DNA from: Candidatus Doudnabacteria bacterium
GTDB taxonomy: Bacteria; Patescibacteriota; Doudnabacteria; UBA920; O2-02-FULL-48-8
Assembly: GCA_025450105.1 (NCBI GenBank)
Contig: JANWIA010000024.1
Coordinates: 229-64,228, forward strand
DNA: 64,000 nucleotides
Direction: 5' to 3'
Positions 9,388-16,133 of this stretch are shown piece by piece (within the stretch, counting starts at the first letter, position 1; every line of letters begins with the position of its first letter). The notes beneath the pieces are model-generated. The model was given only the letters and a program-made list of their open reading frames with translations, ran no database searches and was not told the DNA's origin. A program made the translations under genes and the position numbers.

Positions 9388-10596
9388 ATGCCAAACAGTA
9401 ATCTCAGTAGTGCAAAAAACGCAAAGAACGATGAGTTTTATACCCAGTACAGCGATATTCAAAAAGAGATTGAAGCGTATTTGGAATACAACCCAGATGT
9501 ATTCCGCGACAAGGTGGTGTATTGCAACTGTGACGATCCATATGAGAGTAATTTTTTTCGATATTTTGTGCTCAATTTCAAGAAACTTGGATTGAAGCAG
9601 CTTATTACTACTAGCTATAAACCTTCACCCGTTGCCAATACACAATTGGGATTGTTGGGTGATGATAAAACTCTTACGAAATCAAAAGGCCGTCCTAAGT
9701 TAACCGCCAACAAGTTCATTATCAACGAAGTGCATGATATAGATGGTAATGGTGAGTTCAACTTAAAAGATGTCGCTAAGCAGTTAAAGGCTAACAAACA
9801 TAACGAATGGACACCACTAGAAGGCGAAGGCGACTTCCGTAGCGACGAGTGTGTTGACCTGCTTAACCAATCCGATATCGTGGTAACGAATCCACCGTTC
9901 AGTCTGTTTCGCGAATATGTTAAACAACTTTTTGATTATAAAAAAAAGTTTGTGATTATTGGTAATAAAAACAACGTGACATCGAAGGAAATTTTTCCCT
10001 TGTTTAAAGCCAATAAAATGTGGTCAGGAAGAACAGAATGGTCTGGTGGGTTGTGGTTCGTAACGATGGATGACGGTGATGTTGACAAGGTGATTGATGG
10101 TGTCAACATGAAAAATGTGCCTGCTATTTGGTTGACAAATCTCGACCACGGACGTCGTCATCAACCATTGCCACTTATGACAATGGAAGAAAATTTGAAA
10201 CACAGCAAACACAAAGAAATTAAAGGTAAAAAGGCATATGATAAATATGACAATTACGATGCTATAGAAGTGTCATTTACAGATGCTATCCCAAGTGATT
10301 ATGACGGCGTAATGGGTGTACCGATTAGTTTTTTGGACAAATATAATCCCGACCAATTTGAAATTGTTGGTATAACTTCTGGAAGAGATGAATTTGAAAG
10401 TAGGCCTTCAAAAAAGTACTTAAACCCCCAACAACATAATCCGAATGGCACCATAACGAATGGAAGTAAAGCAAATACTCGTGCGACAATTCTGTTAAAG
10501 AATATTCCTTCCGATATTTATTACACCGCAGATAATGCGAGCGGACCCCTTATGATTGCGTATGCGAGAATTTTAATTAAGCATAAGAAAAAATAA
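9388..10596 (+). CDS. N6-adenine DNA methyltransferase, EcoRI-methylase-like family
   Basis: The N-terminus reads KNAKNDEFYTQ and the catalytic NPPF motif (VVTNPPFSLF) is present. The gene starts 9 nt after the secA stop. Confidence 0.8.
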   Translation: MPNSNLSSAKNAKNDEFYTQYSDIQKEIEAYLEYNPDVFRDKVVYCNCDDPYESNFFRYFVLNFKKLGLKQLITTSYKPSPVANTQLGLLGDDKTLTKSKGRPKLTANKFIINEVHDIDGNGEFNLKDVAKQLKANKHNEWTPLEGEGDFRSDECVDLLNQSDIVVTNPPFSLFREYVKQLFDYKKKFVIIGNKNNVTSKEIFPLFKANKMWSGRTEWSGGLWFVTMDDGDVDKVIDGVNMKNVPAIWLTNLDHGRRHQPLPLMTMEENLKHSKHKEIKGKKAYDKYDNYDAIEVSFTDAIPSDYDGVMGVPISFLDKYNPDQFEIVGITSGRDEFESRPSKKYLNPQQHNPNGTITNGSKANTRATILLKNIPSDIYYTADNASGPLMIAYARILIKHKKK

Positions 10597-10597
10597 T

Positions 10598-11770
10598 ATG
10601 ATAACAACTTTAAAAACAAACATTACTGTTAAAGATATTTGCGAAGGGTTCGTTTATAACGAACTGGAAGGTAAAGGTCTATTCGGTTTGTCTGGCAAGC
10701 TCACTATTCAGCCGGAGTATCAGCGTAACTATCTATATAAAGATGAAAAGCGAGAAGCTAGCGTTATTGAATCAATTCTCAAAAAATATCCAATAGGTTT
10801 GATTTACTTTAATAAAGTAAATAAGGATAAATTCGAAGTTTTGGATGGACAACAACGCATTACTAGTATTGGACGTTTTGTAACTGGTAAATTTCCTATA
10901 AAAGATGAAAATGGTCACGAGCAATATTTCGATGGCATGGCCCCAGAGAAACGAACTAGAATTGAGAATACCAAACTACTGATTTACGAATGTGAAGGAG
11001 AAGAAGCTGATATTATGAACTGGTTTGAAACTATCAATATTGCCGGGATTCCACTGAATGAACAAGAAAAAAACAATGCGGTATATTTTGGACCATTCGT
11101 AACACATGCCAAGCAAGAATTTAGTAACAGTAAAAATGCGAACATTCAGAAGTGGAACTCTTATATAAATGGTACTGCTAGACGTCAGGATTTTTTGCAT
11201 ACAGCTCTAGATTGGGTAAGTGCTTCTAAAGGTATTACTATCCGTGAATATATGAGTAGTCATCGTCGCGCTACAGATATAAAGGAATTAAAAACTTACT
11301 TTAATAATGTACTGGATTGGGTTTCTGGAGTGTTTACCGATGTAGAGACTGAGATGCGTGGGCTTGAATGGGGACGTTTATATGAAAAATTTCACAAGAA
11401 AAATTATAATCCTGAAAAACTTTCAGGAGAAGTACAGAAATTCCTAACTGACAGTTTTGTAACAGATCGAAAAGGTATTTTTGAATATATCCTTGGTGGG
11501 TCTCAAGACAAAAAATTACTCAATATAAGAGTTTTCAGTGAAGCTGTAAAGAAAGACACGTACTCAAAGCAAACTGCCGAAGCCGAAAAAAAAGGAAAAT
11601 CAAATTGCTCGTATTGTGCTATTGGACATGATGCCAACAAGAGTAAGATTTGGAAACTTTCCGAAATGGATGCTGATCATGTCACAGCTTGGAGTAAGGG
11701 AGGTAAAACAGCAATAAATAACTGTGAAATGTTATGTAAACCTCACAATCGTGCAAAGGGCAACAGGTAG
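10598..11770 (+). CDS. DUF262 (ParB-like nuclease/NTPase) plus C-terminal His-Me finger (DUF1524/HNH-like) nuclease, GmrSD/SspE-like architecture
   Basis: The N-terminal half has IQPEYQRNYLY and LDGQQRITSI. The C-terminal half has CSYCAIGHD ... DADHVTAWSKGG ... NNCEMLCKPHNRAKGN. The gene starts 1 nt after the methyltransferase stop. Confidence 0.75.
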   Translation: MITTLKTNITVKDICEGFVYNELEGKGLFGLSGKLTIQPEYQRNYLYKDEKREASVIESILKKYPIGLIYFNKVNKDKFEVLDGQQRITSIGRFVTGKFPIKDENGHEQYFDGMAPEKRTRIENTKLLIYECEGEEADIMNWFETINIAGIPLNEQEKNNAVYFGPFVTHAKQEFSNSKNANIQKWNSYINGTARRQDFLHTALDWVSASKGITIREYMSSHRRATDIKELKTYFNNVLDWVSGVFTDVETEMRGLEWGRLYEKFHKKNYNPEKLSGEVQKFLTDSFVTDRKGIFEYILGGSQDKKLLNIRVFSEAVKKDTYSKQTAEAEKKGKSNCSYCAIGHDANKSKIWKLSEMDADHVTAWSKGGKTAINNCEMLCKPHNRAKGNR

Positions 11771-11805
11771 GTAACTAGGTCAGTAAATAAATTTTTATTT
11801 TTTTT

Positions 11806-12177
11806 ATGAAACAGTTGTTATTGGAAAAAGCGGTGTATTATAACCCAAATCAAGGTCCCGAGCACGGGACTGATGTTACGGATGATTTAAGAGCCCAAAT
11901 TGTAGACGGAGCGCTATTCTATAACGGTATTTATAATAATATATTTCCTGATAACTTTAAAAGAATAGACAAAAAATTAAGAATAGAGCTAACGTATAGA
12001 GGGAAAAAGTATCTTAAAATTTATTCGGAAAATGAAAAAATAAACTTACCAAGAGATCTTGGTTCAGTAATTAATAAGTGGTGGGAAAGTAATTGGTTTC
12101 AAGTTTTTGTTTTTGTAAGTGCTATTTTGGGTGTTTTGGGTTTTATTATTACAATAGTTGGGCTAGTAAATAATTGA
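11806..12177 (+). CDS. Hypothetical small protein with C-terminal transmembrane helix
   Basis: The 123-aa protein ends in a hydrophobic tail (WFQVFVFVSAILGVLGFIITIVGLV). It follows the nuclease and has an SD-like context. Confidence 0.5.
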   Translation: MKQLLLEKAVYYNPNQGPEHGTDVTDDLRAQIVDGALFYNGIYNNIFPDNFKRIDKKLRIELTYRGKKYLKIYSENEKINLPRDLGSVINKWWESNWFQVFVFVSAILGVLGFIITIVGLVNN

Positions 12178-12199
12178 AGTATTGTTTACTATAATACTA

Positions 12200-12228
12200 A
12201 AAACCGCAGCTCGATTGCCGCGGTTTTT
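12200..12228. terminator. Bidirectional intrinsic terminator
   Basis: The hairpin AAAACCGCAGC-tcgatt-GCCGCGGTTTT is flanked by an A-run and a T-run. Confidence 0.75.
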
Positions 12229-12252
12229 AAGTTTTTGTTTTGAACGATCGCA

Positions 12253-12561
12253 TTAGATTTTAGAAATAATGCTTGAATAACGGTCTGAGTTGTTTGGATT
12301 GTAATCTAGTCTAATATCAAAAGTATTGTTAGTTACTTCGATACAAGTAATTTCAGAGACATTAAATCTTCTCCAAGCGGGAATTGATCCAGTTTGGCTA
12401 TATCCTTCCGTTTGATAACCATCAAATAGTGTTTTTCCAGTAGAACTTACATAGACTATGTATGGGTCGATGGTTCGACTCAAAGAATTTTCGTAATTTA
12501 CAATAATACTTTTTTGGTTTTCTATTGCAAATTGAATCTCGTTCTCAAATTTGTAATTCAT
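12253..12561 (-). CDS. Small WYL-like domain protein (hypothetical)
   Basis: The 102-aa protein has a WYL-like pattern (DPYIVYV ... AWRRFNVSEITCIEV). An SD-like AAAGGAG lies upstream. Confidence 0.4.
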   Translation of the reverse strand: MNYKFENEIQFAIENQKSIIVNYENSLSRTIDPYIVYVSSTGKTLFDGYQTEGYSQTGSIPAWRRFNVSEITCIEVTNNTFDIRLDYNPNNSDRYSSIISKI

Positions 12562-12743
12562 AAATATTTTTACTCCTTTCTTTTTTAATTCTCGACCTTT
12601 GCTAATTTTAATTTAGGTTTCTCTCACTAACCTAACAAAATTATTTAAGATTGTGGATTATTAAGCCGATTTTAGCATTAACTAGCGAAAAAATCAAGCA
12701 CCTGCCGGCTAGATTACAGCATAAACCAACAACCCTGCCAAGT

Positions 12744-12772
12744 TGACACTCTATTGAACCCACGGTAACATA
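12744..12772 (+). promoter_or_regulatory. Candidate promoter TTGACA-N17-TAACAT in an approximately 430-nt non-coding stretch
   Basis: There is no downstream ORF before the 12987 terminator. It could drive a roughly 230-nt small RNA. Confidence 0.3.
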
Positions 12773-12986
12773 GCCCAAGTATTGAAATGGTATAATTACT
12801 ACATAAGTTCATTCAAACTGAATAGTGACAATCAAAGTATTGCTTTAACTCGGTGTCTTTTTATTGATATTTACTTACTTATTTAGTTCTCGCGTGTTCG
12901 ACAGGCCACAACAAATTACAGAAGTTTGGGATGATCAACACCCAAGAACGTAAAAAGTTAATACCAAATAAATAGACAAAAGAAAA

Positions 12987-13019
12987 GAGCCCCATCCAGT
13001 TGCTGGATGGGGCTCTTTT
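12987..13019. terminator. Bidirectional intrinsic terminator at the left edge of the GC-rich island
   Basis: A perfect hairpin AGAGCCCCATCCAG-ttgc-TGGATGGGGCTCT is flanked by A-runs and T-runs. Confidence 0.8.
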
Positions 13020-13040
13020 TGGTTTCGGCGGCACATCGAC

Positions 13041-13262
13041 TTAGGCTGCGGCTTTGAGGGCGACGCCGCAGCAGAAACAGAACTTGAAGCTTGGATCTGC
13101 GGCCCACACGTGGTGGAACTCTTCGCAGCGCTCCAGTGCCGAGAACTTGGGATCGACTTCGGTGCCGCACTCCTTACAGAAGCGGCACGAGATCGAGTCG
13201 TCCTTCCTCGGCTTCTCCACGCGTTGGTGCAGGGCTACGTTGGCGCAGGTTGTTGCTGGCAT
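13041..13262 (-). CDS. Small Cys/His-rich protein (73 aa), hypothetical
   Basis: An ATG start follows a GAAGGA SD. The protein contains CRFCKECGT ... CEEFHH ... CFCCG. It lies 18 nt downstream of the 52-aa ORF in a GC-rich context. Confidence 0.5.
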   Translation of the reverse strand: MPATTCANVALHQRVEKPRKDDSISCRFCKECGTEVDPKFSALERCEEFHHVWAADPSFKFCFCCGVALKAAA

Positions 13263-13280
13263 TGCATCCTTCTTTCCTTG

Positions 13281-13439
13281 TTACGCGGCGGTGATGCCAA
13301 GACGCTTGGCCTTCTCGAGGTTCTTGTCGTGGTCGTGGTTGGTGACGCACTCGCAGGTGCCCTTGAGGCAGGCTTTGAGCCGCGCTCGCCAAATGGCAAG
13401 CCTGAGTGTTTCCAGGTCGAGCTTCTTAAGATGGCGCAC
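13281..13439 (-). CDS. Small protein (52 aa, GTG start), hypothetical
   Basis: An AAGGAGG SD lies 8 nt upstream of GTG. The protein reads VRHLKKLDLETLRLAIWRARLKACLKGTCECVTNHDHDKNLEKAKRLGITAA. It is absent from the ATG-only ORF track. Confidence 0.5.
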   Translation of the reverse strand: MRHLKKLDLETLRLAIWRARLKACLKGTCECVTNHDHDKNLEKAKRLGITAA

Positions 13440-13463
13440 TTTTCTATCCTCCTTGAATGACGG

Positions 13464-13495
13464 ATTATACTAGCATTTACTGGCCAAATTGTCAA
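13464..13495 (-). promoter_or_regulatory. Strong sigma70-like promoter (TTGACA-N17-TGcTAGTAT/TATAAT) driving the minus-strand small-protein operon
   Basis: Read on the minus strand, the sequence is TTGACAatttggccagtaaatgcTAGTATAAT. It is followed by an SD and the GTG start. Confidence 0.65.
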
Positions 13496-13532
13496 TCCAA
13501 GCGTAGAATAGGGATGAAGCAAGAGGTGGGTT

Positions 13533-13754
13533 ATGCCAACAATGACGCTTCGTCTCGTTACGGAAAAAGGAGAAGAGACCATTCGGGAATATCGCTGCGA
13601 TTGGCCGGGTCTTTGCCAGGACCTTGCAGTGACCTCTGTCGGTCTCAGTGAATTCGGAACGCTGATAAGCTTTTGCAGTAACCATCTGAAGATGTATGCC
13701 GAGCAGGGGGAGTCAGAAGGAGGTTTGGGTGCCCGAGATTACTATGACGATTGA
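13533..13754 (+). CDS. Small protein P1 (73 aa), paralog of P2, with a C-x-C/C-x2-H metal-binding-like motif
   Basis: An SD-like AAGAGGTG lies 4 nt upstream. The protein contains YRCDWPGLC ... FCSNH. Confidence 0.5.
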   Translation: MPTMTLRLVTEKGEETIREYRCDWPGLCQDLAVTSVGLSEFGTLISFCSNHLKMYAEQGESEGGLGARDYYDD

Positions 13755-13914
13755 AGTTGATGGGCAAGTGGATCGGATAAGTAAATATTTCTGCGATTCG
13801 CGGAATTGTCTGGAAGAGGCGAGTGAACTACATGTAATTGCGAGCCTGCGGCAAAGGGTTTTTCTTTGCCCCAAACACGCGCTCGAGCTCTATCACAGAC
13901 AGATGAGAAAATGA
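13729..13914 (+). CDS. Small protein P2 (61 aa, GTG start), paralog of P1
   Basis: A GAAGGAGG SD lies 5 nt upstream of GTG. The protein contains YFCDSRNC ... LCPKH. It overlaps the end of P1 by 26 nt, consistent with translational coupling. Confidence 0.5.
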   Translation: MPEITMTIEVDGQVDRISKYFCDSRNCLEEASELHVIASLRQRVFLCPKHALELYHRQMRK

Positions 13915-13949
13915 GGCTCAGCCAGCAATGGTTGGGCCTTTCTCTTAGG

Positions 13950-14090
13950 CAAAATAAAAAGGCGACTACGGTCTTCTGTAGTCGCCCTCTCGTGGAGTTG
14001 TGTTAGTGTCCGATGTGCTTCGCTGGTTGCCCTTATGGGTCCATGAATTCGTACATAGGCTTTCCTCCTGTCCTGGATAAATGATAAACC
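13950..14090 (-). ncRNA. Compact promoter-to-terminator unit (about 130 nt) carrying only a 7-codon ORF (MYEFMDP); candidate small RNA or leader peptide
   Basis: The promoter is at 14081-14109. An AGGAGG SD lies 7 nt upstream of the ATG at 14056 and the stop is at 14033-14035. The terminator is at 13951-13986. Confidence 0.35.
13951..13986 (-). terminator. Intrinsic terminator (hairpin GGCGACTACGG/CTGTAGTCGCC plus T-run on the minus strand)
   Basis: On the minus strand the hairpin is followed by TTTTTATTTT. It also lies just after the P2 stop on the plus strand. Confidence 0.7.
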
Positions 14091-14109
14091 TATGTAATAA
14101 ATTTTGCAA
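14081..14109 (-). promoter_or_regulatory. Sigma70-like promoter TTGCAA-N17-TATCAT
   Basis: Read on the minus strand, the sequence is TTGCAAaatttattacataggttTATCAT. Confidence 0.5.
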
Positions 14110-14120
14110 AAGCTCATTTT

Positions 14121-14190
14121 GTCATTGCGAGGAGCGGAGCGACGTGGCAATCTTCTAGAATAAGATTGCTTCGCTTCGCTCGCAATGACA
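14121..14190. repeat. Imperfect 70-nt palindrome built from two inverted copies of the motif GTCATTGCGAG...GCAATCTT
   Basis: The outer 11-bp arms are GTCATTGCGAG and CTCGCAATGAC. The inner arms are GCAATCTT and AAGATTGC. The motif recurs at 20963-20995. Confidence 0.6.
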
Positions 14191-14207
14191 GGGTAAGCAA
14201 AGTAAAA

Positions 14208-14237
14208 AGGGTCTCACCGTGTGGTGGACCCTTTTTT
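14208..14237 (-). terminator. Intrinsic terminator (GGGTC...GACCC hairpin plus T-run) overlapping the stop of the Zn-ribbon gene
   Basis: The sequence reads AAAAAGGGTCtcaccgtgtggtGGACCCTTTTTT. It is bidirectional. Confidence 0.7.
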
Positions 14238-14375
14238 GGCAGCAGCCAGTTCTTTGACTTCTGCCTTGTTCTTAAATTCCCGTTTGCATTTGCTGCACTG
14301 GACTGTGTTGTCCCAGAAGACAACCTCGCCGCCACATGTGGGGCAAGGTGTTTCGAGCCTGCCGTAATCATCCAT
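14214..14375 (-). CDS. Small zinc-ribbon protein (53 aa), hypothetical
   Basis: An AAGGAG SD lies 5 nt upstream of ATG. The protein reads MDDYGRLETPCPTCGGEVVFWDNTVQCSKCKREF and so on. Confidence 0.5.
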   Translation of the reverse strand: MDDYGRLETPCPTCGGEVVFWDNTVQCSKCKREFKNKAEVKELAAAKKGSTTR

Positions 14376-14384
14376 TTCTACTCC

Positions 14385-14564
14385 TTAACGAAAGATCGTG
14401 AATCGGGCGATTGCTAGGAACATGGTTCCAAAGATTAGTCCCGTTAGCAACCGCTGCCTGAAGCTTGAACAATCAAATTGCTTTTCGGCAATGTTCACAA
14501 CAAGCTGCCAGAGAAGCGCGTTCAGGCTTAGGAACAACAGCACACGAAGCGTTTCATCCGACAC
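14385..14564 (-). CDS. Small hydrophobic/membrane protein (59 aa, GTG start), hypothetical
   Basis: A GAGGTAGGTG SD is present. The stop overlaps the SD of the downstream Zn-ribbon gene. The protein is hydrophobic (LRVLLFLSLNALLWQLVV ... LLTGLIFGTMFLAIARF). Confidence 0.45.
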   Translation of the reverse strand: MSDETLRVLLFLSLNALLWQLVVNIAEKQFDCSSFRQRLLTGLIFGTMFLAIARFTIFR

Positions 14565-14578
14565 GATTCACCTACCTC

Positions 14579-14740
14579 TTACTTTATGGCTTGGTTGAGG
14601 GTTCTTGGTTTTTCCTTGTACCCTCCACAATCAACGCAGTCTTCACGTTTGCAGAGACGGATTGAGTTCGGGTTCTTTGGATCCAAGCGATAGTGGTCGC
14701 CTTCGGCGTGGCCGCATTCACAGTATTTCGCGAATTTCAA
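14579..14740 (-). CDS. Small zinc-ribbon protein (53 aa, TTG start), hypothetical
   Basis: An AAGGAGG SD lies 6 nt upstream of TTG. The protein reads MKFAKYCECGHAEGDHYRLD ... CKREDCVDCGGY. Confidence 0.45.
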   Translation of the reverse strand: MKFAKYCECGHAEGDHYRLDPKNPNSIRLCKREDCVDCGGYKEKPRTLNQAIK

Positions 14741-14841
14741 TTTTATCCTCCTTGATGAGAAAGCGTATCACGGATTGCTATGCAAATCAAGCTTCTATGG
14801 CGTGCAGGAATTCCAAAGTATATAATATTCAAGGACATTTT

Positions 14842-15672
14842 ATGGACACACTTTTTTCGATTATTACGCCAACCTACAACCGCGCCTACATTTTGCCAAA
14901 AGCAATTGAATCATTACTGGCCCAGACCTATAAGAATTGGGAAATGATAATTATTGATGACGGCTCAACCGATAACACCAAGGAAGTTGTCGGGCGGTTT
15001 AATGATCCGCGCATCAAATATTTTTATCAGAACAACCAAAAGCAATGCGCGGCCAGGAACAAAGGTTTGGAATTGGCGCAAGGTCAATGGGTTTGCTATT
15101 TGGACAGCGACAACGAATTATTTCCGAACTATTTGGAAACTATGCTGGCAGAAATTCAGGCAGATCCCAATGTGGTTTTGTTGTTGCCCAAGGGCCGGCA
15201 CACAAAAGAGCTTTACGAAAATGGCAAGCTGATTAAGTCGGTGGATGACGCGGAAAATTTTCCCGAAACGCTAACACTCAAAGATTTAGCGGACAGGAAA
15301 TTGCATGCTGATATGAATGGATCAATGCACCATCGAAAAATAATTTCCGATGGGATACGCTTTGACCAAGCGGCCAGTCCATTGGAAGATTGGGATTTAT
15401 TTTTATCGATCGGCCAGAAATATCCGGATAATTTTGTTTATGTGACTAAGGAACTCTATCATTATGTGCAGCGTCACGGCGGCGACGGATTAGTAGCAAA
15501 TACCGGTTTCCGGAATTTAGCAAAGACTTACGAATATATTTTTAATAAACACAAGGCCAGTAGTCTTCTGCAAGGGCAAACCTGGTATCCTCGGAAGGTT
15601 GAGGAATATAACCGCTTGGCTGAGGAATCGGAAAACGGATCGAGTGTGGGGCTCCACGAGAAAACTATATGA
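14842..15672 (+). CDS. Family 2 glycosyltransferase
   Basis: The N-terminus reads FSIITPTYNRAYILPKAIESLLAQTY ... IIDDGSTD. I chose the ATG at 14842 behind a TATAAT. The track's longer ORF from 14605 runs through the minus-strand small genes and I do not accept that extension. Confidence 0.75.
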   Translation: MDTLFSIITPTYNRAYILPKAIESLLAQTYKNWEMIIIDDGSTDNTKEVVGRFNDPRIKYFYQNNQKQCAARNKGLELAQGQWVCYLDSDNELFPNYLETMLAEIQADPNVVLLLPKGRHTKELYENGKLIKSVDDAENFPETLTLKDLADRKLHADMNGSMHHRKIISDGIRFDQAASPLEDWDLFLSIGQKYPDNFVYVTKELYHYVQRHGGDGLVANTGFRNLAKTYEYIFNKHKASSLLQGQTWYPRKVEEYNRLAEESENGSSVGLHEKTI

Positions 15673-16124
15673 AATACTTTCTCTTAAAATCGGAACCGGG
15701 CAGTTATTCAATCGACGACCTTAAGCGGGACAAAGAAACCGTTTGGACATCTATCCGTAATTATCGTGCCCGGAATATTATGCGCGACGAAATGCAGCCA
15801 GGTGATTTATTTTTATTTTATTATTCCATGTCTGACCCAACTGGTGTTGCCGGAGTTGGGAAAATTTTAGAAGTCGGGTTGCCAGACGTGACCGCGCTGG
15901 ATAAGAAGGATGATTATTACGATCCCAAAGCGACTAAGGAAAAGAATCCTTGGGTAGCACCGAAAGTTGGGTTTGTAAAAAAGTTTAAACGCATAGTAAC
16001 TTTGGATGAAATAAAAAAAGACAAGCAATTTGCCAATATGGTTCTTCTCAAAATTCCTAGACTGTCTGTTCAACCAGTTGAAGAAAAAGTGTATAATCTA
16101 ATAGTGAGGATGGGTAATAATTAA
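15669..16124 (+). CDS. EVE (PUA-like) domain protein
   Basis: The N-terminus is EVE-like (MKYFLLKSEPGSYSIDDL ... WTSIRNYRARNIMRDEMQPGDLFLFYYS). The gene overlaps the GT2 stop by 4 nt. Confidence 0.7.
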   Translation: MKYFLLKSEPGSYSIDDLKRDKETVWTSIRNYRARNIMRDEMQPGDLFLFYYSMSDPTGVAGVGKILEVGLPDVTALDKKDDYYDPKATKEKNPWVAPKVGFVKKFKRIVTLDEIKKDKQFANMVLLKIPRLSVQPVEEKVYNLIVRMGNN

Positions 16125-16133
16125 GAAACACCC

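Noticed and set aside
6518-13019. A shared CCCATCC...GGATGGG stem between the terminators at 6518-6584 and 12987-13019, considered as a possible repeat family.
   Set aside because: Only about 8 nt are shared and the loop and context differ. This is most simply coincidental GC-clamp terminator stems.
13054-13473. Several plus-strand ORFs in the track (13054..13473, 13091..13294, 13110..13460) and minus-strand ORFs 13174..13392 and 13235..13582 inside the GC-rich island.
   Set aside because: They overlap one another in all frames and have no SD/start context. Their composition is a low-complexity Arg/Pro/Ser-rich pattern typical of spurious GC-rich frames. The smaller SD-preceded genes on the opposite strands explain the region better.
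13893-14371. Minus-strand 85-aa ORFs 13893..14150 and 14114..14371.
   Set aside because: They span terminator hairpins, a promoter and the palindromic repeat, and they have no RBS. The frame-appropriate 53-aa Zn-ribbon gene with an AAGGAG SD occupies 14214-14375 instead.
14605-14841. The 5' extension of the 355-aa track ORF 14605..15672.
   Set aside because: It runs antisense through two SD-preceded minus-strand small genes and the island boundary. The GT2 homology, a TATAAT box and an in-frame ATG support a start at 14842.
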